A stretch of 62,506 nucleotides of DNA, the filler included, from Klebsormidium nitens (taxonomy: Eukaryota; Plantae; Klebsormidiophyceae), in NCBI GenBank assembly GCA_000708835.1. It is 4 parts of 4 records of this genome, joined end to end, with 100 filler letters (N's around TTAATTAATTAA, not from the genome) between each part and the next. Parts side by side here need not be neighbours in the genome. Positions count along the whole stretch, not along the records: positions 30,972 to 41,917 come from DF238198.1; positions 42,018 to 55,321 come from DF238072.1; 2 more parts are not named here. The stretch is one strand, 5' to 3'. Numbering within the stretch: the stretch's first letter is position 1; each line of letters starts with the position of its first letter. Shown here piece after piece: positions 36,990-48,118 of this stretch. The translations under genes were made by a program, and so were the position numbers. The notes under the pieces were generated by a model, which was not told where the DNA came from, did no database searches, and saw nothing but the letters and a program-made list of their open reading frames with translations.

Positions 36990-38061
36990 ATTGGTTCAAT
37001 TTCGACAGCTGGAAGCTGGATGCCGCGGGTCTCCCTGCAGTCGACTCCAAGATCCGCGACCTGTCATCTGATCTTCACGACGCCGCTCTGCTCTGTCGCG
37101 CTGCGTCAACTTTGAACGGACTTACGCTGGCCCTTGGAAGAAGTTCAAGGAGTGGTGCTCTGAAAAAGGCGTCTCGGTCCTGCCGGCGCAGCCACTCACC
37201 GTAGCTCTGTACATGATGCGTCTCCTTCGGACTGCCAAAACTCCCTCCCCGTTGCTGACGTTTTTCGGCGCCGTTTACTTGAACCACTCCATGGCCGGCC
37301 TCTCCTCCCCCACAAATCATCCAGTCGTCCAGATGGCGCGCGAGGTCGCCCGCCGTCTCAAGCTTGCTGGCCTGAACCAGAAACGACCTTTTCTTGCATC
37401 GCAAATCCGTCGCCTTTTTGAGCTTTGGGGCGGTCCGTCTGCGAATCTCCATCAACTCATGAAGCTTACTAGCATTACCCTTTGCTTCACGTCCTTTCTC
37501 CGCTATGACGACCTCGCAGCAATCCAGTGGCAGCATATCAAGTTCTTCCCCAAGTCTCACATGGAGCTGTTCATCCCCGATAGCAAGACTGACCAGTACC
37601 GCCACGGGGACTCTGTTTTTGTGGCGTGCTTGGGCGGACCTTACTGCCCGGTAGCTCTCGTCCAGCGTCTTCTTCAGACCGGCCGCTACAGCGTCTTCGG
37701 TCCTGGCCCGCTCATCCGTTCGACGCTCATCTGCCCCCCCGAGCAGCGCCTCAAGTCTTCTGCCCCTTGCTACTCTACCGTCAATGCTTGGTTTAAGGAG
37801 AACGCGTCACTGCTTGGACTCGAGCCAAAATTTTACGGCACTCACTCTGGCCGACGCGGCGGCGCAACCGGCGCGGCCGCGAACGATGTTCCTGACCGCC
37901 TGTTCAAGGGGCACGGCCGCTGGCGCTCTGAGCGCGCGAAAGACGGTTACGTAAAAGAGAAGCTTCAGGCTAAGCTTGCTGTAACCCGCAACCTCGGCCT
38001 GCAAGAAGACATTCCCATTGCACAATTGCGCGCATTCGAACGCGAGGCGCGGCTGATTTAG
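36990..38061 (+). pseudogene. Tyrosine recombinase (YR) of the retrotransposon; one frameshift near 37121
   Basis: The N-terminus RAASTLNG/YAGPWKKFKEWC is split over two frames. The catalytic set is FLRYDDL (R), SKTDQ (K), HSGRRGGAT (HxxR), HGRW and DGYV (Y). Confidence 0.92.
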
Positions 38062-38180
38062 CAACGGTACGTGTTTCGTTCGACTTGTTCTGTTCTTCAC
38101 TTTCTTTTCGTTTCTTTTCCCTTATCATCTTTCTTTACGCTCGCAGTAATCTTCTCTTCCCCTCTCTTTCCTGCTTCTGT

Positions 38181-38281
38181 GTTCTGTGAAGCCCTTGCAC
38201 GAGCCCACTTGCCAACTCTCGTGCCACTTCACTTGCTCATTTCATACAGCAGTGCACTTCGTGCACTGCCATTACATTCGC
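38181..38281 (+). repeat. Split direct repeat B1
   Basis: It is identical to 39017-39117 except at one base. Confidence 0.95.
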
Positions 38282-38303
38282 GAGTTCTCGCAATAGCAGA
38301 GAA

Positions 38304-38480
38304 TTGCGAATTCTCGACGATCGCAGTTAGTCGAGAATTACGGTTCTCTGCTAACGAGAACCTTAACCCACTTCTGCGGCTATGATAGCCGCAGACTAGC
38401 GACAGCATCTTCATTCTGTCGCTCTGCAAGATTTCTTCACAGCGCAAGGAGGACGGCGCCTTCTTGCTTCTGCTCAAGCT
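38304..38480 (+). repeat. Split direct repeat A2
   Basis: Copy of 31391-31572. Confidence 0.95.
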
Positions 38481-39016
38481 CCCACCCCGCGGCCGTCGGC
38501 CGCTCCCACCCTTTTCCTTTCTTTCCGCTTCCGCTTGTTTCTCCCTGCTCTCTTGATCTCTTTCCGGCCCTGCGATTCCGCTGTTCCGTTCCGTTCCGTT
38601 CTCGCGCGGGCGACCTCGTTGGCCGTCTCTGTATTTTTTCCTTTTTCATGCTGCACGGACTTCGATCGAGCACCCTCTGGCGGCGGCCCTTCTGCTCATC
38701 TATGGAACCACCGGCGCATCTTCTTCGACACGTCCCGGGGGGCTCCCTCTACCTCCGCCGCTGGGATCGCTGGCGGGCGGGCGCGCGCTGTTTACGGTTT
38801 AGCCATAGCTGTTCGTTTGCGGGTTAGCTTCGCCGCATCGTTGCGTTTCAGGCTAGTTGGCAGTTGATAGTTGTCCTTGTTGGGTAGCGCAATGTGCATA
38901 CAATCTAGGATTTGATCAGCAATCTAGATACAGTTCTTGCACATACAACTTGGTCCGCGTCGGCATTAATATCCATTGCCGGCTCAGGCCTAACAGGCGC
39001 TACCTCCGACGGGGAC

Positions 39017-39117
39017 GTTCTGTGAAGCCCTTGCACGAGCCCACTTGCCAACTCTCGTGCCACTTCATTTGCTCATTTCATACAGCAGTGCACTTCGTGC
39101 ACTGCCATTACATTCGC
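39017..39117 (+). repeat. Split direct repeat B2 (truncated by N gap)
   Basis: Copy of 38181-38281. Confidence 0.93.
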
Positions 39118-40255
39118 AANNNNNNNNNNNNNNNNNNNNNNNNNNNNNNNNNNNNNNNNNNNNNNNNNNNNNNNNNNNNNNNNNNNNNNNNNNNNNNNNN
39201 NNNNNNNNNNNNNNNNNNNNNNNNNNNNNNNNNNNNNNNNNNNNNNNNNNNNNNNNNNNNNNNNNNNNNNNNNNNNNNNNNNNNNNNNNNNNNNNNNNNN
39301 NNNNNNNNNNNNNNNNNNNNNNNNNNNNNNNNNNNNNNNNNNNNNNNNNNNNNNNNNNNNNNNNNNNNNNNNNNNNNNNNNNNNNNNNNNNNNNNNNNNN
39401 NNNNNNNNNNNNNNNNNNNNNNNNNNNNNNNNNNNNNNNNNNNNNNNNNNNNNNNNNNNNNNNNNNNNNNNNNNNNNNNNNNNNNNNNNNNNNNNNNNNN
39501 NNNNNNNNNNNNNNNNNNNNNNNNNNNNNNNNNNNNNNNNNNNNNNNNNNNNNNNNNNNNNNNNNNNNNNNNNNNNNNNNNNNNNNNNNNNNNNNNNNNN
39601 NNNNNNNNNNNNNNNNNNNNNNNNNNNNNNNNNNNNNNNNNNNNNNNNNNNNNNNNNNNNNNNNNNNNNNNNNNNNNNNNNNNNNNNNNNNNNNNNNNNN
39701 NNNNNNNNNNNNNNNNNNNNNNNNNNNNNNNNNNNNNNNNNNNNNNNNNNNNNNNNNNNNNNNNNNNNNNNNNNNNNNNNNNNNNNNNNNNNNNNNNNNN
39801 NNNNNNNNNNNNNNNNNNNNNNNNNNNNNNNNNNNNNNNNNNNNNNNNNNNNNNNNNNNNNNNNNNNNNNNNNNNNNNNNNNNNNNNNNNNNNNNNNNNN
39901 NNNNNNACCCGNGGGTCCCAATTTGATCGGACGCTGTGGATTCCTTCGGCTCGATCGGATCGAACGGTTGCGATTGCTAGTGACATCAGAAATCGTCACC
40001 GTACCGCGGTACGTTGGTACGGTACTTTGAGACTTAGAAGGTACCGCCGAAGTTTAATGACGTCACAGAAACTTTGCGCGGTAGAGTCGCATTAGATGCA
40101 AACTGAGCCCTTCGATTGATCAGCCCCATATATCCTTGAACAAGCTTCAATCGTCGGATGGCCTGTCTCGGGTAAGATCAGGTACCCGGTGTGGCTCCAA
40201 AAGCTTGCTCTAATATCTGGAAAGGGCCAAAAAGAAACAACGAAGTAGAAATTCT

Positions 40256-40328
40256 GTGATTCGAACCCGTGACCTCGGTCCATTTGGCCAGGTCTAGGCC
40301 AGCGCGCTAGCCACCTGAGCTACGGCAA
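40256..40328 (-). mobile_element. tRNA-derived head with Pol III A and B boxes (SINE-like or tRNA pseudogene)
   Basis: The minus strand reads GCCG-TAGCTCAGGTGG (A box)...TGGCC-TAGACCT-GGCCA (anticodon-like arm)...GGTTCGAATC (B box). The acceptor and T stems do not pair. Confidence 0.6.
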
Positions 40329-41917
40329 CTCGGCCGACTCCCGATTTGGTCTAGGAAATACCGGTTTTATTAGGGATGACGGTGGAATTCCAGGGGGGTG
40401 ACCGAGTCTACGGGTGCATAGATTTTCACTCTAGCGCAACATTCCGGCAACAATTGCGCCCCAGGCAAATATTTCTTGCGATTCTGCCAACACATTTCGA
40501 TATTCAGGGGCAAAGCTTGAATTAAGACTGTGATGTGAGTGCCCGGGGCGTTACAGTCGTAACGCTTACGTGGCTGAAAAAGGAAGAAGGTCAAGTTGCT
40601 GGTTGAGGCTAGGTTGAGGAAGGCAGTCGTGCTTCCTTATCTAGCAATGGCTTCCTAACCAGGCATACTTGCTTAGAGCATCATCTTCTATGTTTGACAT
40701 CCATGGATGTAACTCCTTAGAGACATTGTCTTTAATTGCCATTATCTACATTCCTCAGCATGGAGAAGCGTCGAAAGGTCCTCTGTGCTGAGATTGCAAC
40801 AAGCACCAGACTGTGCAGGTGCTGGCGATGGTGTCCCCCATTGAGTTTACCCGTGCACCTGGTCGCCCAAGACAAACTGACACTTGCGAATGCCAGCAAA
40901 CCTTGCAAATACCATGTCCAGCACTTAGGAGTTTTCAGAGTGTCAAAAAAGTCTATGGAAGGGAAGGGGAAGCTCGGAGACCGCCGCCATGGCTGCCAGC
41001 CAGAGGCGCTCTCCCTTCTTTCCAGAACATCTCTCAGCAAGATGCTCTGAATGGACTTTTACAAGGTATGAGGGCATCCTGTTAGACCTGTTTGAGCTTG
41101 GTGAAGCTTTCTGGGATGCTGGGAGGGCAGCCATTGGGAGCATGAGCTTGCGGAAGAGCTCAAAAAGCTCCTCTGCTGAGCTTTCCCGTGCTCCCTTCCT
41201 CCTCCCTGCGGACGTCTTCCTTCTGCGGACTGGGTGTCTGATCGGCTCTTCACAGGCTTCAGTGATTTGGACGGTCCGGATTGACTTCGGAGGATCACAC
41301 CCCGAGCACTTTCATTTGCCTGAGGATCGCGGCGACCACGGCAGGTTTTGATTTATCTTATGACCGATTCTGAGGTTGCCGGGGGTCCGATTCAGCAGGC
41401 AACCCCAAAACTTGCCTACCGGATCCGGCCCTCCGCGGAATTAAAATTCGTCATCGTCATCCCTAGTTTTATACCCCGACGCCCACTTTAAAGTTGGTGG
41501 GTGCGAATCGCCCCTTAGCGCGCACGGCTCAGTGCGCGCCGGCCGGCCGCGCGGCAGGCATTCGCGGCCTAGGCGGCCGCGCAGCTGACCAAAAATGGCG
41601 GCAAGCTACCTAGTACCTTCGCTAGCTGAGGAACTTGAAGCTGGACAAGCAACGGCATTAACCCTTTGTCGGCGGGGAACTTTCGGTCAATTCTACCGTA
41701 CGTGAATTTTCGCGATAATCGCAAAAATCAAACTGACCGTCCGATCGATCGAGCGGACGGCGCCGATGAAAAATACTGACGGTCCGGCACGCCGGTCCGC
41801 GACGGTAGCAGTCAAACACTTCCGCGCAGCAAGTCCGCCTGAGGGCAATCCAGAGCCACCGGCCGCCCATATCTCGGGTTTCTATGACACGCCCGCGGGT
41901 TTCTAGCCTTACACACG

Positions 41918-42017
41918 NNNNNNNNNNNNNNNNNNNNNNNNNNNNNNNNNNNNNNNNNNNNTTAATTAATTAANNNNNNNNNNNNNNNNNNNNNNNNNNN
42001 NNNNNNNNNNNNNNNNN
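41918..42017. other. Scaffold join: 100-nt N gap with TTAATTAATTAA linker
   Basis: Same construct as 30872-30971. Confidence 0.95.
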
Positions 42018-42359
42018 AATACGATGTTTAATACGGCGCCTTTATAGCTTCTTTTCACAGGGGGTGTCGTGGGTTCGGAGGGGGAAGAGGGGAAGACGGC
42101 TGTAGAAAAGTTGCTGACGGCTGTGGATCTTGTCATCGGGTGCGTCTCTGCTTTGGAGAGATCTGGCCAGGATTTGCATTCGCAGAAGAATGGGGAGGGG
42201 CGTCAGATACTTGTTTGAAAGTGGTTCGGAATCTGGGAGGGGAATCTAGGAAGCCTGGCTCAAAGGCAAGTAAAGATGGCGACGGACTGGGCAGTGTGGA
42301 CGGAACTGGACGAGCTGCGGGAGTTGCTGGCTATGCTATGGCAGGAAGGGGATAGCGTA

Positions 42360-43069
42360 CGACGGGATTTTTCAAGCGAGGAGATATGTGCCAAGGCGAA
42401 AGAGTAGGCGGAGCGGGAAGCTTTAGAAGTGCAACAGCAGGCGGGGAAGGCTAGAGAATTGTGGGAGCGGGAGGCTTTGAAGCGGTGGTTGAGAAAGAGC
42501 GCGTAGAGAAAGAGTCCAGGGTTGGAAGGGAAAGTGCTGGAAACTGGAGGCCGAGCTGTGGGACTCATTTAGGGGGAGGAAGTTGACATAGGGCGGAGTT
42601 AGGTTCCGTTGTAGAAGAGTGCCGGCGAGTGGTCGAGGAGCGGAACGTGACGGCGGAAGAAACGGAACGTTTCAGCAAGCGACTTCTGATGCTGAAGGAG
42701 AAGGTAATGAGCGCGCAAAATAGAGGTTGAGAACGAGCGGAGAGGGCCCGTTAATCCCGGAGGGCCCTGGTAGCCGCGGAAGAGGCAAGGAAGTCTAAAG
42801 GGAAACTGCAGACGCTGGATGGAATGGTCCAAGAGGCGATCCAAGCGGTTGATTGTCTAGAAACTGATCGGAAGGTCATGTTGGAGCGGTTACGAGGAGC
42901 GGACAGCGCGCTGCGACGGGGCGGGGAGGAAGTTCTAAGGGTGCGGCAGAGCGTGGAGGAGGCGGAAGAGAAGCTTAGAGGGTTGGAAGACGAGGGGCGA
43001 GAGTTTCGGGGCCGCGTGGAGGAGAAAAGAGGCCCGGGAAGTGGAGCAACTAGAGCGGTGAGTTGCTGA
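42360..43069 (+). pseudogene. Degenerate Glu/Arg-rich coiled-coil coding remnant
   Basis: A purine-rich strand encodes E/K/R/A-rich heptad-like text (for example VRQSVEEAEEKLRGLEDEGRE) interrupted by stops. The family was not recognised. Confidence 0.3.
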
Positions 43070-43182
43070 GGTAAGCGCCCTTGTTAGCAGAACAATGTCG
43101 GATTCAACCCACAAGGGGGCCGGATATTTACTCGTTCAATCATCCTTCAAATCTTCTTGTGGCCTCGTAACCCATAGACAAT

Positions 43183-46100
43183 CTATATTTTGTCCACTTC
43201 AAGCTCATGGATCTGGATCTGCCTACCCTGTATCAGTACTTGAGAAAACGGCGCAAACCTACCCAAGTTAATCGAATGCGCGATTCGCTGGGCAACAGTG
43301 ACAGCCCCTAAGACCGCGCTTGAGAGGCAAAAGCATGGAAAGTTCCCCCACCATTGATAGAGCTGAGCGTCCTGACGCCGACTTCCCTCCAAAAGCTGAT
43401 CAAGCAAGGATACCTTTCGACTGCAACTCGCTTCCAAATCTTAGGTACGTTTTCCGGAAGAGAGGAACTCACAGCACCTTCGAAAACTCACTCTTTCGCC
43501 AGCAGAGACAAGAAGTACCCCCGCAGGTAGCCCAGTGTAGCAATCTCCTCGGGGCTCGCTTTAATATCCACCTCGGCTCGAAGATACTTCTTGGACGCCA
43601 CCTGCATGTCCGACTTCGTCAGTTTGGCACAGGGGAGCGTTACTTATACGAGGTCCTTAAAGAATCCGTAGACGCAAAGGCTTTTGTGGTTCCGCGCAAG
43701 TCAGTTTTCAAGCCTGGAAGGGAATCCACCTTGTTCCAGCTTCTTCAGCTCCACCCAACCCTATACGTGGCAGAACAAAGTAAGTATTTCCGCAACTCTG
43801 GGAACCGACAGTTAATGGCGTCGCGGAGCAATGAGTATGCCGACCGAAAAGTAACGAATGAAAATGAAAGAAGTAGACTGAAAAGCTGTTCGCAAGCTCT
43901 TGAGGGCGACTTGTGCCTTTCAGAGACGACACGGTGGAACGTGGTAGACACATAAGTGGTCGGTTCTGTATTCAAGCTGCCGACCCTTCATAGGAAACAA
44001 AGTGAGTAGACGGGCTTCATGTTGGCCGTAATCGTTCCGCTGGTTCAGTGGTTCCATTGAGCGGAACGGCCTGAAGCAGCACCCGTCGCTGACGCGCACT
44101 TTCGGCAATGCGAGTTCCGTTCCATGGTTCCGTTCCATTGAGAACGGAACGGAAGGACCTCGTCGGTTTCAAAAAATGGGAATCAGTCGCCCCGAGCAGG
44201 TTGCTTTTGGATCATCCTATGTCGCCGAACCCCTATCAAAACAGATGAAATGGAGGCTTCACTCACCCAACAACCTTGAACCAGAACGTAGTCCCCACTG
44301 TCACTAAGCGCAGTCGCGACGTCCTTGGCTGAAAAGCGGCGTGGCGCTTTCTCCAATATTTGGTCGAAGGTGAAGACTTCAGGAAGCTGCAGAGCAGGAA
44401 GCTTTCTTGCATTTGGGACATGCATATGCATGTTGGCAAGCGCGACAAGAGCTCCGCATGTTGATGCAGTAGTGAAAGACATACGCGCTCAGATTTTGAG
44501 AAGCTCTGATACAACATTCTGCCTGGAATCCTGAAATTGAGACCTTGCTTAGGGTCGACTAGGCGGCCACAATGGGCACGAGCAGCCGCTGAGCGCTGCG
44601 ATGCTTGAATACTTGAGTGCTTCTGCATTTTCTTTCCTCATCCGGACTTACCCGACCGGCAATTGTCTCGAGCCAAGCGTCCGCAGAATCTTCCTCCACT
44701 GGTGCTGTCCTGTAGGATGAGAATTGAAGAACGAACGTTCTGGAACAGTCAGGAACTTCTAAAGGAGTGTTGAACGTCCTTGGCAACTTACGCTGTCGTG
44801 TGAACGCTGCAGCGCAGTTCGGGGCGAAACCACTAATATCAGCACTTCCAATCTGATGCAACGAAGCGAAGAAGCAGGCCCCCATCCAAACAATGATCAG
44901 ATTTGCTCTCACTTGGATGGCACAAAAGCATAGGGTCACCGATGCACATCATAGAATAATCCGAACGTTTGAAGAAGATGTGAGGCTAGCATAGAATGTC
45001 TCCTACTGCATCAACAATCAACCGGTTGCTATCCAGCTCCCCAAACTTGACGCCATTCTTACCCTTTCATGTCAGCAAGAGTCTCGAAAACTCGTGCCTC
45101 TTGAAGTTGTCGCGCAATCCTCTTCCTATTGGCCTCTGCCGCCTTCTTGGTCACCTTCGCCGGCTTCTCCGCCTCCTCTTTCTTCTCCGCCTGCCGCGCC
45201 TCGTTTTCGGCGACCTTTGCACTCTTCTTCCGCTTTCTTGCCGGCGGGGAGTCCACGTCTTGCTCTTCATCCTTGGCTGCTCCCGGGGAGGTCCCGCTGT
45301 CTTTTTCCTTCAGAGACTCCGCCTTTCGCTTTCCTTTGGACTTTTTCGTGTCTATCTCGTTTGCATCCTTGGCAGCGCCAACTTTCTGCTTGCCGCCGCT
45401 CTCTTGCGTTTTCGTACTTTCTTTCCTTGGTTTGAGAGGGGCCCCGTCCTTGTCACCCTGCGCTGACCCCTTTGCAATCGAACGGGGTTTGCTAGACTTG
45501 TCATTTGACTTTCTGCTGAAAGAACGCTTTGGTGCAACGTCTACTTCAGGCACTGCCCTGGACCGGGGCTCACGGGTGACACCGGTTGCCTTTCCATTGC
45601 CACCGCTTTCATAGCCCTTCTTTCGGAGCTTCAGGATGTCCAGGCCCCGCTTCAGAGGCTTGGTGCGGTGTCTGTTCATATCCCACACCCACCTGTAGAA
45701 TGGATGAATGGTTGAGAATGTCAGGCAGGCGTTGGCTATCATCACTTTCGTGTTGAGCAGCGTATGCGGATGTTCAGAATGAACGGTGGCATGGCAGTTG
45801 TCCGAAAGCCCTGCAAAGCAAACGACGTCTGAAGCACCTCAATCAGCCTCCAAATTGGCCCTAAGTACATGGTTCATCTCCGATTAGTGTTCTGGCTGAT
45901 TCGAGTCTATTCTGACTTCAACTTGCAACTGATGAGAGATTCAGAAGCATTGTCGACTCATCTGCACATACTAGTGGTGAAGGCTCGACCTGAACTTTGC
46001 ATATTGTTTTTTTGTACGTAACGAATGATCAACTTCAAAATTTCTTTTCTACTGCAAAAGTGAACCGCATTTGAAGTTGCTTTGAGTGGTGATGAGACTT

Positions 46101-47028
46101 GTCAGCATGGGAGCAGAATCTGATTGCTAGAAATCTCCTCAAATGAAGTGATTTCATTCGAATGCGTGTCAGACAAGAAGCTTCCAAGCTGGAGCTAGTT
46201 CCTGCATGTTTCCACACCAATCACTTGCAGTCTGCTCGTAAAAGGACGGTCAACCTGCACAGGTCAATGGTCCTGTATTGAATCAGGCTCAATGCAGGGA
46301 AGTGGAATTGTAACTCACCGGCGTGCGTAGTGCCTAAGAGCACCATAGGGCCTGCCCCTCAAGATCGGACTCTTTTGCATCTCCAGGAAACTCAACTCAA
46401 CACATTCGGATTCCTCTTGCTCTGTCAGATCATATGGGATCCCTGAGATCTCGTCCAACTCCCAATGCTGGAGCACAAATTTCCGCACCTCCGCGCGCTC
46501 CAAGCTTGTGAGCAATATCTCTGAATTCTGGCCTGCCGTCGTTAGAGGCACCCCATCTTCGTCGCACTCTTTGTTAATGATGCGGCCTTTCCGGAGCTTG
46601 GCAGCCCTCTTGTCTTGCGCTGAAGGAAGACTTGACTGGCCACCACGCGCATCGTCCACATAGGGACCTGCCAACCTTCTTGCTGCAGTGCTTGTGGCAC
46701 CTGTGGCACCTGCGCTTTGACCAGCCTGCATGAATGCTTGTGCCTCCGCTGCTGGGGGTTGCGGATCGTCTACGAACTCCAACTTGAGAGGCTCTGTATG
46801 TGAGATCTTGTTCTCCAGGTACATGCTAAGAGGAGCCTTCAGCAGCTCCTTTCCCCTTGGACCATCACGTTCGCCAATCAGAAACACTGTCTTGCTGGTG
46901 GGGGGACACTCTGCACCAAAGTGAACTCTCAAAGAGAAGATGAACTTTTCCTCACTCTGACAGGTGAAAAAAGGAAAAGTGTGACCATCGTGCTCAATAT
47001 AGATTGTAGGTGCTGATGAGAAATCCAT
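43183..47028 (-). CDS. Uncharacterised multi-exon protein, divergent from the CACTA transposase (candidate TnpA-like partner)
   Basis: Exon 47028-46319 (|gtgagt) joins in phase 2 to the Lys-rich exon 45692-45063 (|gtaaga). Further GT-AG exon-like segments lie at ~44852-44792, 44709-44652, ~44385-44267, ~43600-43490 and ~43420-43183. The 3' exon path is ambiguous. Confidence 0.55.
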
Positions 47029-48118
47029 TCTGACCTAGTGCCAGGAGATGCGGAGAGGTGACCCCTTTCTGATCCTACAGCATTGCTTTATCCAAGAGAA
47101 GCTCTTGATCAGCCTGGACACCTGATCGCTTAGTATACAAGCTGAAAGATTAAGTGAGCATCTTCACAGCTCAAGCAGGAGCTGCACGTTCCACCCTAGG
47201 GGATGTCAACAGCGGCATTAAGCATGCAAAAAGCATCCCAAGCTGCTATTCAGGACCATTCATGTTGGGATGAATTTCTCCAACGCAATCGCGCCAGTTA
47301 TATTAACCTCCCCTGAGCTTCTGATGAGCTCAACAACCCGAAAAGCGCCACTTCAACTATGCCAAGACCCAATCAGCCTTCCACTTTGGCTCTATTGCTC
47401 CTCAGCGTGCAGCTCTAGGTGGAGGCCACAATGTGAAAGCTGCCTTTTGTAAGCTTTCAGTTTCAGTGGAGTTTCTCTGTCTGCTGTTGATCACTCTCAA
47501 CTACGACTCACAGCCGTGAGACTTTCCAGCGGGCTTTCCAGGTGAAACTCTAAAGTATATCCTGGCCGCTCGATCGTTCATATGTTTTTGGTCTCTCAAG
47601 CGGCAGTTGATGTACCGTAGTTCAAAGTGTCGTTGCATGGGGAAGATAAAGCTTGAAATGGATATATTACAAGATTCTTTTAGATAAGTCCTTCAAAAAT
47701 CCTCCGATACGTGATGCATCGCTTGCGTAACTTCGTCTGAGGAGATACTTCCGACCACAGACATAGCCTCTTGGACCTTGAAAGACATAACCAGGCGTAC
47801 AAACACATAAGGGCTAAGCTAGTTTGATACACGGAGACTGCATGCAGGGCCAGAGGCAGCCAGGACCCAGGCCCCAGAGGCCCTTTCGTCCCTGGGGTTG
47901 GATTGGGAATTTCTGTTTCTCATCATGGCCCTTTAGCACGATTGCATGCATTACGAATGTCAACGATGGTGGTTGGGTGGTCAAGAGCTTTCAAGTTTTT
48001 GGCAAGGGTGCTTTCCAAGCTAATCTGGACATGGGGAGCTCGAGAAGTCAAGAGCTAGATATTCAATTCTCACTGCTAATGTGGGAGCAACGTTGAGCAT
48101 GTAGGACTCAGCTTCTCC

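Larger units (their letters stand above)
31391..39119 (+). mobile_element. PAT-like tyrosine-recombinase retrotransposon (DIRS order) with split direct repeats A1-ORFs-B1-A2-B2; decayed copy
   Basis: It contains gag with a CCHC knuckle, RT, RNase H, a methylase-like domain and a YR with intact catalytic residues. Direct repeats are A1 31391-31572 / A2 38304-38480 and B1 38181-38281 / B2 39017-39117. The right end runs into an N gap. Confidence 0.9.

Noticed and set aside
31391-39119. Classification as Ngaro, LTR (Gypsy/Copia) or a bacterial retron/DGR plus integrase
   Set aside because: There is no DDE integrase or protease, and the repeats are split rather than full LTRs. The MT-like domain argues against Ngaro, and the context is eukaryotic.
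40256-40328. Functional tRNA-Val(GAC) gene
   Set aside because: The acceptor and T stems cannot pair, and the anticodon loop lacks U33.
44114-44150. GTTCCGTTC/GAACGGAAC hairpin sharing the TTCCG motif of the retroelement spacer
   Set aside because: It is low-complexity, lies on a different segment, and a single 9-bp stem is expected by chance in such sequence.
44652-44852. Two small exons (61 and 58 nt) that could be mutually exclusive
   Set aside because: Several alternative phase-compatible paths exist, so this cannot be decided without transcripts.
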